A DNA stretch of 64,000 bases from Ignavibacteria bacterium (GTDB taxonomy: Bacteria; Bacteroidota; Ignavibacteria; UBA10030): positions 8,522 to 72,521 of the forward strand of contig VGVZ01000014.1 of NCBI GenBank assembly GCA_016873805.1, in the 5' to 3' direction. Shown here one piece after another: positions 1 through 10,116 of the stretch. The notes under the pieces were generated by a model. It was not told where the DNA came from, did not search any database, and saw only the letters and a list, made by a program, of their open reading frames with translations. Each line of letters starts with the position of its first letter. Within the stretch, counting starts at the first letter, position 1. A program made the position numbers and the translations under genes.

Positions 1-488
1 ATCGTTCCTCCAAACAGGAAGCTGGTCGAGACTACCCCGCCCACTGCAATCACGCACATGATCTGAAGTTTGTCGATAAGGGCAAGAGCCAGAATCTGGC
101 TCTTGCGCAGCGCCGATATCCCAACTAACCTTCCACCGATTTCTCCGACCTTGCCCGGAGTGAGCGAGCCAACGGCAAGGCCGTAGACGAGAGACAGGAG
201 CACTTCGCGTTGAGTTGTCTCAGGCCTGGCCATCCGTACAATGCGTAGCCATTTTTGATATTGGATGCCAACGTTTGGGATCAGCAGGATCAGGGCGGCG
301 ATGATGTACCATGGTCTCGCATTGGCAATCGCATCGCCGATTTCCCGCGGATCGATCATCACAAAGAGCGCCCCGATGATAGCCAACCCGACGATGAAGC
401 GCAGAATCAACGATCGAGTTCCCTTTTTGGAAATCGTTGGGGCCACAGAAGAATTCGGGGGGGGGTGCTCGGAGGTCAGCTCTTCCAT
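1..488 (-). CDS. Partial CDS (N-terminal part; continues beyond the window start): flippase-like / UPF0104 (lysylphosphatidylglycerol-synthase TM-region family) membrane protein
   Basis: Hand-translated minus-strand frame is open from a stop at 669-671 to the window edge. Candidate ATG at 488..486 (MEELTSEH...KKGTRSLILRFIVGLAIIGALFVMIDPREIGDAIANARPWYIIAALILL...RW-like...GxxxPGKVGEIGGR). This is typical of the UPF0104 N-terminus. It overlaps the GT2 stop by ~11 nt, suggesting an operon. The ORF was missing from the supplied track because it runs off the edge. Confidence 0.45.
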   Translation of the reverse strand, partial: MEELTSEHPPPNSSVAPTISKKGTRSLILRFIVGLAIIGALFVMIDPREIGDAIANARPWYIIAALILLIPNVGIQYQKWLRIVRMARPETTQREVLLSLVYGLAVGSLTPGKVGEIGGRLVGISALRKSQILALALIDKLQIMCVIAVGGVVSTSFLFGGT

Positions 489-1666
489 TCGAACTTTCCA
501 AACAATCCGAGGGGACCAATGATGAAAATATAGAGAAGATACAAAATTTCCCAGAAGATCACGCCTGTGAGAAGTCGGATTTGTCGCGGTGGAGGCGTCG
601 CGAACAGAACAAGAAGAGAATCGGCGCCGAGTTTTAACGCCAACGCGGTTCCAGCCGTCAAGAGCGCATCACTTCCTATCGCGAGAATCGCGATGCTGAG
701 GAGGAGCACTAGATTCGAGGCGTGGAACAGCGCAATCAAGAATTGGATATGCACCGGATAGCGCGTGCCGACGGAAAAGTGTCTTCGTCGCTGGGACACG
801 AAGGCGGAGAATGTCGGTGCGGGCACGGTGTGAACAACGGCCGCGGGGGCTGTTGCGTGAGCAATGTTCCAGGACGTCAAGCGAACAACTCGCTGAAGAA
901 ACAGATCATCATCACCACTCAGGACATCCCTGATTGCCTCAAACCCACCGACCTCATCCCACACTCTGCGCCGGTAGGCCAGATTGCTCGCTTTGCACAG
1001 CCACGGAAAACCCAATCCCGTGAAACCAGCGGAGAGCGCGGCAACCTTTCGCGCTTCATAGGCAATAAAGGCGTGGAGGACCTTTTGGAGCAATCCCGCG
1101 AGCCCGCGCGTTCGCAATGCCGGCCGTATCAGCGAAGGATCATAGAGTGAATATCCCGAAACGACGCCGACGTCGTTATCAAAAAAGCTCACCATTGCCT
1201 CCACCCATTGCCGGGTCGGAATGCAGTCCGCATCCGTAAAACAGAGAATCTCACCTCGGCTGGCGCGAATTCCTTGAGTAATGGCAAATTTCTTCGGAGG
1301 CATGGTGAGCGCGGGTTCCTCGATACTTACTAGGGTGATCCGTTGATCGTGCGCTGCATAACTACGGACGATTTCCGCCGTCGCGTCCTCTGAGCGGTCG
1401 TCCACGATGATAATTTCGAGCCGGGCGTAGGTTTGATGAATCAGAATTTCGAGCAGAGGGGGAAGAGCGTGTTCCTCGTTTCGAGCGGCGACGACGACCG
1501 ACACCAGCGGTTCCTCGACGCTTCGCCCAGGTTTGAGCCGTCTCAGCCCCGCAATCAACGCGACCACAATGAAGAGATAGAGGGGGAGCGCAATCAGGAG
1601 GAGAGGTATGAGAGTCGATTCCATGGATTTGCTTTGGAACATCGCGAACAAAACTCTCTTTTCCAA
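476..1666 (-). CDS. Family 2 glycosyltransferase (membrane-anchored, multi-TM C-terminus)
   Basis: N-terminal TM helix then VSVVVAARNEE...IIVDDRSEDAT, plus DxD-like (TDADC) and QxxRW-like (QRRRH) motifs characteristic of GT2. C-terminal hydrophobic helices. Confidence 0.8.
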   Translation of the reverse strand: MEKRVLFAMFQSKSMESTLIPLLLIALPLYLFIVVALIAGLRRLKPGRSVEEPLVSVVVAARNEEHALPPLLEILIHQTYARLEIIIVDDRSEDATAEIVRSYAAHDQRITLVSIEEPALTMPPKKFAITQGIRASRGEILCFTDADCIPTRQWVEAMVSFFDNDVGVVSGYSLYDPSLIRPALRTRGLAGLLQKVLHAFIAYEARKVAALSAGFTGLGFPWLCKASNLAYRRRVWDEVGGFEAIRDVLSGDDDLFLQRVVRLTSWNIAHATAPAAVVHTVPAPTFSAFVSQRRRHFSVGTRYPVHIQFLIALFHASNLVLLLSIAILAIGSDALLTAGTALALKLGADSLLVLFATPPPRQIRLLTGVIFWEILYLLYIFIIGPLGLFGKFEWKS

Positions 1667-1751
1667 GTTTTGCTGGTTGATAAATCCGTCTCTTCCTCAT
1701 ATATTGGCGCAGAATTGCGCCGCTTCAAGACATTTTTCCGGATCGACATTC

Positions 1752-2405
1752 ATGAACACCCTCGTTGTCGGAATCGCCGGCGGAACCGGCTCAGGAAAGA
1801 CGACGGTCACGAACAAAATCCTCGAATCGATCGACAAATCGCGCGTGCTCGTCATCCAACATGATTCGTACTACAAGGATCTGAGCACCTATCACGGTGC
1901 CACACCGGATCAAATCAACTTTGACCATCCTGCTTCGCTTGATACCGATCTGCTGATTCGACATATCCGTGAACTGAAGGAGGGACAATCGGTCAATCAG
2001 CCCATCTACAACTTTACTACGCACCGGCGGCTCGAGGAAACCAAGCTCCTGAAGCCACTCGAGATCATCATCATCGAGGGAATTCTCATTTTTGTGGAGA
2101 GGGAGCTTCGCGACTTGATGGACATCAAGTTGTTCATCGACACAGATGCCGATGAACGTCTCATTCGTCGGATCAGGAGGGACATTCTCGAACGAGGCCG
2201 ATCCGTTGATTCGGTCATGCAGCAGTATACCCTGACGGTCAAACCGATGCATCTGGAGTTCGTCGAACCCAGCAAGCATTGGGCGGACATCATCATTCCG
2301 CGGGGGGCGGAGAATTCTGTCGCGATCGACATGGTGGTGACAAAGATCCGATCGATGCTCAGAATCAAGTCTGAGCGGCCGCCGGTGAGCGCGCCGATCT
2401 TCTGA
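1752..2405 (+). CDS. udk: Uridine kinase
   Basis: Walker A GIAGGTGSGKTT right after the start codon. Uridine/cytidine kinase-like body (DSYYKD...IIIEGIL...DTDADERLIRRIRRD). Start taken at the internal ATG at 1752 rather than the ORF-track start at 1608. Confidence 0.85.
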   Translation: MNTLVVGIAGGTGSGKTTVTNKILESIDKSRVLVIQHDSYYKDLSTYHGATPDQINFDHPASLDTDLLIRHIRELKEGQSVNQPIYNFTTHRRLEETKLLKPLEIIIIEGILIFVERELRDLMDIKLFIDTDADERLIRRIRRDILERGRSVDSVMQQYTLTVKPMHLEFVEPSKHWADIIIPRGAENSVAIDMVVTKIRSMLRIKSERPPVSAPIF

Positions 2406-2560
2406 TTCGCGTCCGCGCGTCAACTTCGCCGTCGCTGTGATGCGACCGACACTTTCTTGACTCTCCCTCCAAAAAAGGGTATCTTTGGACGTAATTTGAG
2501 CCAAATAGCTCTCTTTTTGGCCCTTGATCGAAGTGACATTCAAATCGGAACCCATTATAC

Positions 2561-3886
2561 GTGCGAAGGTCCAGTCCGTCCAAGCGCATCCAACAGATTA
2601 CCGAGAGGGCAATCAGCGAGGCTGAATCGAAATACCGCAAGACCATTCTTCCCAGCGGTCTGCGCGTGGTCTCCGAGCAGATTACCACGGTTCGATCCGT
2701 CACGATCGGTGTTTGGATCGAGGTCGGTTCGCGCTACGAAACTCCCACCACTAACGGCATTTCCCACTTCATCGAGCATATGGTGTTCAAGGGAACGCCG
2801 ACGCGCTCGAATCGCGAAATTTCACAAAGCATCGAATCAGTAGGTGGCTATCTCAATGCGTTCACGAGCAAGGAGCATACCTGCTTCTATGTTCGCGTTC
2901 TCGATGAATTTGCCGAACTGGGCATCGACGTGCTCTCCGATATTGTCCAGCATCCGGTGTTTCCCGGACGCGAACTCGAGAAAGAACGGGGCGTCGTCAT
3001 CGAAGAACTGAAGAATGCCGAGGACACGCCGGATGACATCATCCACGACCATCTCGAACGCGCGATCTATGGGTCCAACTCCCTCGGTTTTCCGATCATC
3101 GGACGTGCCGACAACTTGAAACGCTTCAGCCGCGAAGATCTCCTCTCACACCACGGGACGTACTATCACCCGTCTCGAATGGTCGTTGCTGCAGCGGGTA
3201 ACCTCACGCACGAAGATTTGCTCGTGCTGGTCGAAAGATACTTCCCTGCAAACGGAGGAACGCGTTCCAGGCAAATCGAAAAGCCCTTGCGGCCTCGTGC
3301 AGTCAAGCCGAAACGAACCCAACTTCTCAAGCCGATTCAACAGGCACATATCTGCCTGGGGACCTCCGCCTACAGCATCAGAAGCAAGTATCGGTATCCA
3401 CTCCTGGTCCTCAATTCCATTCTGGGGGAAGGGATGAGTTCTCGCCTCTTTCAGAACATCCGGGAGCGGTACGGCTTCGCGTACAATGTCTACAGTTTCG
3501 TCAGTCTGCTCAGCGACTCCGGTTCCTTCGGCGTTTATATCGGCACAGATGGAAATCACATCGATCGTTGTATCGAGCTCATTGAAAAGGAATTGGGGAA
3601 GCTCATTGACAAACCGGTCTCACGCAACGAGCTTGCACGAACGAAAGCACAACTCAAAGGGGGAATGATGCTGAGTCTGGAGAACATTCCCAACCGGATG
3701 CTTCGCCTCGGGAGTTCCGAACTCTACTTTCAGCATCTGGCATCGCTGGATTCGATTATCAAGGAAATCGATGTTGTTACACCTGAGCTCCTGCAGGAGG
3801 TCGCGGCAGAGTTGTTTGTGCGGGAGAGACTCGCGGGAGTGGTTTTCAAGCCAAATGGTGGTGACACCCCCACAGAATCTGCTTGA
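2561..3886 (+). CDS. M16-family zinc peptidase (insulinase/pitrilysin-like)
   Basis: Inverted zinc-binding motif HFIEHMVFKGT (HxxEH) and downstream E; ~440 aa typical of the M16B family. Confidence 0.8.
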   Translation: MRRSSPSKRIQQITERAISEAESKYRKTILPSGLRVVSEQITTVRSVTIGVWIEVGSRYETPTTNGISHFIEHMVFKGTPTRSNREISQSIESVGGYLNAFTSKEHTCFYVRVLDEFAELGIDVLSDIVQHPVFPGRELEKERGVVIEELKNAEDTPDDIIHDHLERAIYGSNSLGFPIIGRADNLKRFSREDLLSHHGTYYHPSRMVVAAAGNLTHEDLLVLVERYFPANGGTRSRQIEKPLRPRAVKPKRTQLLKPIQQAHICLGTSAYSIRSKYRYPLLVLNSILGEGMSSRLFQNIRERYGFAYNVYSFVSLLSDSGSFGVYIGTDGNHIDRCIELIEKELGKLIDKPVSRNELARTKAQLKGGMMLSLENIPNRMLRLGSSELYFQHLASLDSIIKEIDVVTPELLQEVAAELFVRERLAGVVFKPNGGDTPTESA

Positions 3887-3922
3887 GGGACAGATCACTG
3901 CCTCTGAGAATTCACCCAAAGG

Positions 3923-5185
3923 TTGATCCACATGAAATCGATTGATGTTGATCCAGGAACGCTTCCCGCTGTTGATGTCGAGAGACCCGGAATCGTTCTC
4001 TCGAAGCGTGCACAATCGATGCAAGCCTCCCCTTTGCGCAAGCTGGCGGCCCTTGCCGAGGCGCGAAAACGCCAGGGGATCAAGGTCTACCATCTCAACA
4101 TCGGCCAGCCCGATTTGCCGACCCATCCTCTAGTCTTCGAGACCATCCGAAATCTCAAGCTGGAAACGATTGCCTATGCCCCATCCAACGGGATGCCGCT
4201 GGCAGTCCAGGCCTGGAAGAAGTACTTTTCACACGTTGGGATTTCGTTCGAGGAGAGCGAGATCATCGTCACCGCTGGGGGATCGGAAGCCATCATCTTC
4301 GCGATGAGCGCGATCTGTGATGCTGAGGATGAAATCATTGTATTCGAACCGTTCTACACGAACTACAACGGCTTTGCGACGCTCAGCAACGTTCGACTGC
4401 GGCCGATTCCGCTCTCGATTGAGAACGGATTTCACCTGCCACCCCGGGCTTCGATCGAGGAGCAGATCAAGGAGCGGACAAAGGGCATTCTGATCTGCAA
4501 TCCGAGCAATCCGACCGGGACAATCTTCACGCGCTCGGAGTTGGAGACCCTCGTAAGTATCGTGCGCGAACACGATCTCTATCTCCTGGCGGACGAGGTG
4601 TACCGCGAATTTGCCTACGAGGCACCCTTTACCAGCATCATGGATTTTCCGGTAATCCACGACCGCGCAATCTTGCTTGATAGCACATCGAAGCGCTTTA
4701 ATGTCTGCGGGGCGCGCGTGGGTGTTCTTGCGAGTCACAACAAAGAAATCGTCCAGGCCGCCTTCCGCTTTGCGATGGCGCGTTTGTCCGTGGCAACGAT
4801 CGAACAGCTTGCACTCGTTCCTCTTCTGAATGATCCGCAGGCCGTCGTCCCGTCCCTTGTGGAAGAGTTCCGACGCCGGCGTGACGTCGTGTACGAAGGG
4901 CTTGCCGCCATCCCCGGTGTCACGTTCTACAAGCCGGAGGGAGCATTCTACATCGTAATCGGTCTGCCGATACGGGATGCAGACCATTTTTCCCGCTGGC
5001 TCGTCGAAGAATTTGCTGTCGAGAAGGAAACGGTGCTGCTTGCGCCGGCGCAAGGATTCTATGCTTCGGCAGGAAAAGGAACAAATGAAGTACGGCTTGC
5101 TTTCATGTTGAATTGCTCCGATCTTGAACGGTCACTGAAGATCATTGCCGCCGGACTGGAGCAGTACAAAGAGAAGTTTCAGTAG
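3923..5185 (+). CDS. PLP-dependent class I/II aminotransferase (aspartate aminotransferase-like)
   Basis: Fold-type I aminotransferase pattern (NPSNPTG, LLADEVY, SxSKRF with the Schiff-base lysine). Confidence 0.8.
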   Translation: MIHMKSIDVDPGTLPAVDVERPGIVLSKRAQSMQASPLRKLAALAEARKRQGIKVYHLNIGQPDLPTHPLVFETIRNLKLETIAYAPSNGMPLAVQAWKKYFSHVGISFEESEIIVTAGGSEAIIFAMSAICDAEDEIIVFEPFYTNYNGFATLSNVRLRPIPLSIENGFHLPPRASIEEQIKERTKGILICNPSNPTGTIFTRSELETLVSIVREHDLYLLADEVYREFAYEAPFTSIMDFPVIHDRAILLDSTSKRFNVCGARVGVLASHNKEIVQAAFRFAMARLSVATIEQLALVPLLNDPQAVVPSLVEEFRRRRDVVYEGLAAIPGVTFYKPEGAFYIVIGLPIRDADHFSRWLVEEFAVEKETVLLAPAQGFYASAGKGTNEVRLAFMLNCSDLERSLKIIAAGLEQYKEKFQ

Positions 5186-5208
5186 TCCGTTCAACTTTTG
5201 CGGGAATC

Positions 5209-6885
5209 ATGGCGACCATCACGATAAACGGAACCGAATTCCAGGTCGATGCAAAGTCGACGATCATTGAAGCAGCACGAGCGAATGGAATTCACATTCC
5301 GCATTTCTGCTGGCATCCGAAGCTTTCCGTGTCTGGCAACTGCCGCATGTGCCTCGTGGAAGTGGAACAAATGCCGAAGCTTTTGATTGCCTGTGCAACT
5401 CAGGTCGCGGACGGCATGGTTGTCAAAACGAAAAGCGAACGCGTCATCCAGGCGCAGAAGGCGGTGATGGAGTTCTTGCTGATCAACCATCCCCTGGACT
5501 GTCCGATTTGCGACGAGGCGGGGGAATGTAAGCTTCAGGAATACGCGTATCAATACAGCGTTGGATACAGTCGCTTCGAAGAGGACAAAGTTCACAAACC
5601 GAAGCGCGTTCCGCTGGGACCAAATGTCATGCTTGATGTCGAGCGTTGCATCATGTGTTCGCGCTGCATACGATTTTCCGAGGAAATTGCGAAGCAACCT
5701 GTTCTTACCTTCACGCAACGCGGTACTCACGTCGTACTTACCACCTTTCCCGGAAGCGAGCTCGACAATCCCTATTCGATGAACGTCATCGAATTGTGTC
5801 CTGTCGGCGCTCTCACAAGCCGGGATTTTCGATTCAAGGCGCGGGTGTGGGAGATGGCAGCAACCGAAAGCGTCTGCAACGGTTGTGCGCGCGGCTGTAA
5901 CATGAACATCTGGACTCGCAACAATGAGATTCTCCGGCTCACGCCGCGGCAGAACGAAGAGGTCAATTCCTCATGGATGTGCGACTACGGTCGGCTGGAG
6001 ACCTTCAAGCATGTGAACGCATCGGAACGGCTCAGTGGACCATCGGTCCGTGTCGACCGGGAACTCCGATCGATCGGATGGGAAGAGACCGTATCGGAAC
6101 TTGCGTCGGAACTTCGCGGCTTTCGGAAGAACGAGATTGCCGGGATCGGATCGGCATACGCCACCAACGAAGACAATTTTGTCTTCCAGCGTTTCATCAA
6201 AGAAGTCTTGGGCTCGAAGCACCTCGACCTTCTTCCGCATGTCATCGAACAGGTTGAAGACGACCTGCTGATCAAGGCCGATCGGACACCGAACAGCCTT
6301 GGCGCTCGGAATGTCGGAATCGAACCGTCGTCGGGAGGATTGTCCGCATCCGGAATCCGGAACGCGATCAACGACGGATCGATCAGGGCTCTATACGTTC
6401 TCGAAGATGATATCGCCGCGGATCCCGAATGGCATTCCGTTTTGCAGAAACTGAGACTTCTCGTTGTTCATTCCGCGGTTCAGAACGCCACAACCGCGCT
6501 CGCCCACGTAGTCCTTCCGGCTTCGACGTATGCGGAAAAACACGGGACGATCACGAATTTTCAGGGAAGGGTCCAGCGACTCCAACCCGCTGTCGCAACG
6601 AGCGAAACCGACCGGAGAATGGACGGACTTGCGGCAAGCCGCTGGGACAAGTTTTCATCGAAGAATGATCGGTGGGGAAGACCCGTGAAGTTTGACGCTC
6701 GCCCCAGCTGGAGAATCCTTGTCTCCGTGGCTGCTGCGCTCGGGACGAGAATGAAATACAATACTGCCGAAGATGTCTTTGGTGAAATTGCAAACGTCGT
6801 TCCGGTGTACCGAGGGATGAGCTTTGCAAGAATCGGTTCGAAGGGGGTGTTGTCCAAATCGTCCCCTGTTCCGGTAAAAACTTAG
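5209..6885 (+). CDS. nuoG: NADH-quinone oxidoreductase subunit G (short form: 2Fe-2S and 4Fe-4S N-terminal domains)
   Basis: CWHPKLSVSGNCRMCLVEV (2Fe-2S), HPLDCPICDEAGECKLQ and CIMCSRC...CPVGAL Fe-S motifs typical of the NuoG/75 kDa subunit. At 558 aa it is shorter than proteobacterial NuoG. Confidence 0.8.
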   Translation: MATITINGTEFQVDAKSTIIEAARANGIHIPHFCWHPKLSVSGNCRMCLVEVEQMPKLLIACATQVADGMVVKTKSERVIQAQKAVMEFLLINHPLDCPICDEAGECKLQEYAYQYSVGYSRFEEDKVHKPKRVPLGPNVMLDVERCIMCSRCIRFSEEIAKQPVLTFTQRGTHVVLTTFPGSELDNPYSMNVIELCPVGALTSRDFRFKARVWEMAATESVCNGCARGCNMNIWTRNNEILRLTPRQNEEVNSSWMCDYGRLETFKHVNASERLSGPSVRVDRELRSIGWEETVSELASELRGFRKNEIAGIGSAYATNEDNFVFQRFIKEVLGSKHLDLLPHVIEQVEDDLLIKADRTPNSLGARNVGIEPSSGGLSASGIRNAINDGSIRALYVLEDDIAADPEWHSVLQKLRLLVVHSAVQNATTALAHVVLPASTYAEKHGTITNFQGRVQRLQPAVATSETDRRMDGLAASRWDKFSSKNDRWGRPVKFDARPSWRILVSVAAALGTRMKYNTAEDVFGEIANVVPVYRGMSFARIGSKGVLSKSSPVPVKT

Positions 6886-6920
6886 ACCAGCCACGAATAC
6901 TTGAAATCGATGCTCTGATC

Positions 6921-7952
6921 ATGGACATCCTCATTGCTTCCACAAAAATCGCTGTTGTGCTTGCGGCAATGCTTACGTCGGTCGTGTTCCTCGTTCTTGT
7001 CGAACGACGCATGAGTGCCTTCATTCAGAATCGCATCGGCCCGAACAGAGTAGGACCGTACGGCTTGCTCCAATCGGTGGCCGATGTCGTGAAACTTCTG
7101 ATGAAGGAGGATATTGTGCCGGCAAAAGCGAACAAGCCGTTGCATGATCTGGCGCCCATCATCTCGATTGCCGTTGCGATGACAACCTTCGCCGTCATAC
7201 CGTTTGGAAATGCCATTGAGCTGTTCGGGACAACTATCAAGCTGCAAATCGCCGATGTGAACATCGGGATCCTTTACATCCTTGCGATCACATCGCTCGG
7301 CGTGTACGGACTCACGCTGGCGGGGTGGTCGTCGAACAACAAGTACTCGTTGCTCGGCGGGCTCCGTTCATCCGCACAAATGATCAGTTATGAGCTTTCG
7401 ATGGGACTTGCCATCATCGGCGTGATATTGATGGCGGGAACACTTCGGCTTGATGTCATTGTTGAGAAACAAACGGAGTATCTTTTGGGGTGGCTTCCGG
7501 CATGGAACATATTCCTTCAGCCTGTCGCGTTCATTACGTTTTTCATCGCCGCCTTTGCGGAGACAAACAGGCTCCCATTCGATTTGCCGGAGGCGGAGCC
7601 GGAACTCGTGGGAGGATTTCACACGGAATACACGGGTCTCAAGTTTGGGCTTTTCTTCCTTGCGGAATACATGAACATGATCACTGCCAGCGCGATCGTG
7701 GTGACATTGTTCCTCGGAGGCTGGCATCTGCCGTATGCAGATATGCTGGGGTTGTCCGGCTTCGCCCTGAGCATCCTGCAGGTTCTCACGTTCTGCGGCA
7801 AGATCGTGTTGGTTCTCCTGTTCTTCATTGCGATCCGGTGGACGTTGCCACGCTTCCGGTATGACCAATTGATGAGCCTTGGCTGGAAGGTGATGCTGCC
7901 GCTGACGCTTGCCAACGCGCTTGTAACGGCTCTGATTCTCCTCGCGTTCTGA
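6921..7952 (+). CDS. nuoH: NADH-quinone oxidoreductase subunit H
   Basis: Polytopic membrane protein with the NuoH/ND1 signature (RIGPNRVGPYGLLQSVAD, LAEYMNM). Confidence 0.9.
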   Translation: MDILIASTKIAVVLAAMLTSVVFLVLVERRMSAFIQNRIGPNRVGPYGLLQSVADVVKLLMKEDIVPAKANKPLHDLAPIISIAVAMTTFAVIPFGNAIELFGTTIKLQIADVNIGILYILAITSLGVYGLTLAGWSSNNKYSLLGGLRSSAQMISYELSMGLAIIGVILMAGTLRLDVIVEKQTEYLLGWLPAWNIFLQPVAFITFFIAAFAETNRLPFDLPEAEPELVGGFHTEYTGLKFGLFFLAEYMNMITASAIVVTLFLGGWHLPYADMLGLSGFALSILQVLTFCGKIVLVLLFFIAIRWTLPRFRYDQLMSLGWKVMLPLTLANALVTALILLAF

Positions 7953-7969
7953 TCTTCGAAGGATTCAGC

Positions 7970-8473
7970 ATGGGCAGAGATAATGGAAAAATGATTCGCA
8001 CGAAAGATCTCACGTTCTGGCAGAAGCTCTATCTGCCGGAGGTCTTCAAGGGATTGAGTCTGACGCTTTCTCAGATGTTCAAGCCGAAGTTCACGTACAT
8101 GTACCCCGAAGAGCGGTTTCAGCCCCCGTCCTCGTTCCGGGGCAGGCCGATACTGGTCGAGGAGAACGGCGTCGAACGGTGCGTCGCCTGCGGATTGTGC
8201 TCAAGAGTGTGCCCGGCTCTTGCGATAGAGGTTCAGGCGTCTGAAACGGAACTCGAAAAAGAACGATATCCCGTCAGGTTTGAGATCAACATGGTGCGTT
8301 GCATCTTCTGCGGATTCTGCGAGGAGGTGTGTCCGGAAGAGGCAATCATCATGAGCAAGGAATACGAACTTGTGTTTAGCAGTCAGGAAGAGGCGATATT
8401 TGGCAAAGAGCGTCTCCTGACGCCTGCGGAGCAGGTTCGCGAGCGGCTCGAGTTCCTTCGAAACAGCCGATAA
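7970..8473 (+). CDS. nuoI: NADH-quinone oxidoreductase subunit I (2x[4Fe-4S] ferredoxin)
   Basis: Two CxxCxxCxxxCP motifs (CVACGLCSRVCP, CIFCGFCEEVCP) and a NuoI-like N-terminus. Confidence 0.9.
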   Translation: MGRDNGKMIRTKDLTFWQKLYLPEVFKGLSLTLSQMFKPKFTYMYPEERFQPPSSFRGRPILVEENGVERCVACGLCSRVCPALAIEVQASETELEKERYPVRFEINMVRCIFCGFCEEVCPEEAIIMSKEYELVFSSQEEAIFGKERLLTPAEQVRERLEFLRNSR

Positions 8474-8545
8474 ATTTCGACTCCGCGGCTTCGCCGTCAC
8501 ATTGAGAGGGGAACTCACCTCACCAATCCCAGGGGGGATTCAGTC

Positions 8546-10084
8546 ATGTTTTCGCAATTGCTCAGTTGCGCCACGTACGGCGTCGACGCGTATGTTGTCT
8601 CAGTCGAGACGCATATCGAGCCCGCCCTGTTTCGCTTTTCCATCGTCGGATTGCCGGACAATGCCGTTCGCGAAAGCAGTGAGCGGGTCATTGCGGCGAT
8701 CAGAAATTCCGGATATCCGTTCCCCTTCTTTCGCATCACCGTAAACCTTGCGCCTGCCGACGTGAAAAAAGAGGGATCGGCCTACGATCTGCCGATCGCG
8801 CTCGGGATTCTCGCGTCCAGCGGCACCATTCCGGGAGATTCGCTCTGCGATTATCTTCTCCTCGGTGAGCTGGCTCTCGATGGACGACTGCGTCCTATTC
8901 GCGGAGCGCTTGTCGTGGCGCTCGAAGCTCGGTCGCGAAATATCAGAGGAATCATACTGCCGCGTGAGAACGCGCGAGAGGCCGCTCTCGTCGAAGGAAT
9001 AGAAGTGTATCCGATGGAGAGCCTTCAGGAAACCGTCGATTTCCTGTCTGGTAGAGAGAAGAACCGAACTCCGTTTCGCGTCGATGCCAAGCAGGTCTTT
9101 TCAGACGAAATGGTGTATGCGATCGATTTCGCCGATGTAAAAGGGCAGGAGAGTGTCAAGCGATCGCTCGAAGTGGCGGCCGCGGGAGGCCATAACATTA
9201 TTCTGATCGGTCCGCCAGGATCGGGGAAGACTATGCTTGCAAAACGCCTCGCGACCATACTCCCTCCGCTCTCCTTTGAAGAGGCGCTTGAAACAACGAA
9301 AATACATTCCGTTGCCGGACTCCTTCCGACCCATTCCGCACTCGTCGCGACACGCCCGTTCCGGGCTCCTCATCACACGATCTCCGACTCTGCGCTTGTG
9401 GGCGGCGGAAGCATCCCGCGGCCCGGAGAGATTTCCCTTTCTCATAACGGAGTATTATTTCTCGATGAACTTCCCGAGTTCGCCAGGAACGTCCTGGAGG
9501 TGCTGCGTCAACCTCTTGAGGATGGTCGTGTGACGATCAGTCGATCGAAGATGTCAGTCGACTATCCGGCGAACTTCATGCTCGTCTGTGCCATGAACCC
9601 CTGTCCGTGCGGACATTACGGAAACCCCCAACAGTCGTGCAGCTGCACACCACTGCAGATCCAGAAATATGTCGGAAAGATCTCCGGACCCCTGCTCGAC
9701 CGCATTGATATTCACGTCGAAGTACCGGCTGTCAAATATCAGGAGCTTTCTTCGCGGAGGGATGGAGAGCTCTCCGAACGCATACGCGATCGAGTTATCC
9801 GTGCCAGGGAGATCCAGCGTCAACGGTTTGCTTCTCCCGGATTGTATTCGAACGCCGACATGGAGACGCGTGAGATTAAGGAAGTGTGCGTGCTCGATCT
9901 GCCAGGAGCAGAGTTGTTGAAGCTTGCCATGCAGCGTTTCGGACTCTCTGCGCGCGCATATGACAGAATTCTGAAGGTCGCGCGTACGATTGCCGATCTG
10001 GAGGGAGCCGAGAACATCCGGCCTGAACATCTCAGCGAAGCCATTCAGTATCGGAGCCTGGATCGGACCTTCTATGCTGTCTGA
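8546..10084 (+). CDS. comM: YifB/ComM-family Mg-chelatase-like AAA+ ATPase
   Basis: N-terminal Lon-like/ChlI domain, Walker A GPPGSGKT, arginine finger/sensor region, and a C-terminal ComM domain (NPCPCGHYG...). Confidence 0.9.
   Translation: MFSQLLSCATYGVDAYVVSVETHIEPALFRFSIVGLPDNAVRESSERVIAAIRNSGYPFPFFRITVNLAPADVKKEGSAYDLPIALGILASSGTIPGDSLCDYLLLGELALDGRLRPIRGALVVALEARSRNIRGIILPRENAREAALVEGIEVYPMESLQETVDFLSGREKNRTPFRVDAKQVFSDEMVYAIDFADVKGQESVKRSLEVAAAGGHNIILIGPPGSGKTMLAKRLATILPPLSFEEALETTKIHSVAGLLPTHSALVATRPFRAPHHTISDSALVGGGSIPRPGEISLSHNGVLFLDELPEFARNVLEVLRQPLEDGRVTISRSKMSVDYPANFMLVCAMNPCPCGHYGNPQQSCSCTPLQIQKYVGKISGPLLDRIDIHVEVPAVKYQELSSRRDGELSERIRDRVIRAREIQRQRFASPGLYSNADMETREIKEVCVLDLPGAELLKLAMQRFGLSARAYDRILKVARTIADLEGAENIRPEHLSEAIQYRSLDRTFYAV
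9590..10055 (+). repeat. Direct repeat copy 1: 3'-terminal ~465 bp of comM (the intact gene copy)
   Basis: Read directly: 9590-10055 matches 16822-17290 nearly base for base. Only two substitutions were noticed, including gtacgatt vs gcacgatt. Homology starts at gccATGAACCCCTGTCCG and decays in the last ~30 bp before the stop. Confidence 0.9.
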
Positions 10085-10116
10085 GAATCGGCCCTTATCT
10101 CTCGGACTCGTATGCT

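Noticed and set aside
1791-2555. 254-aa minus-strand ORF
   Set aside because: It is antisense to uridine kinase, which has Walker A and the full family signature.
9554-10030. 158-aa minus-strand ORF (and its twin at 16801-17262)
   Set aside because: Both are antisense to comM coding sequence and to its duplicated 3' fragment. They exist only because the repeat is duplicated and are not independent genes.
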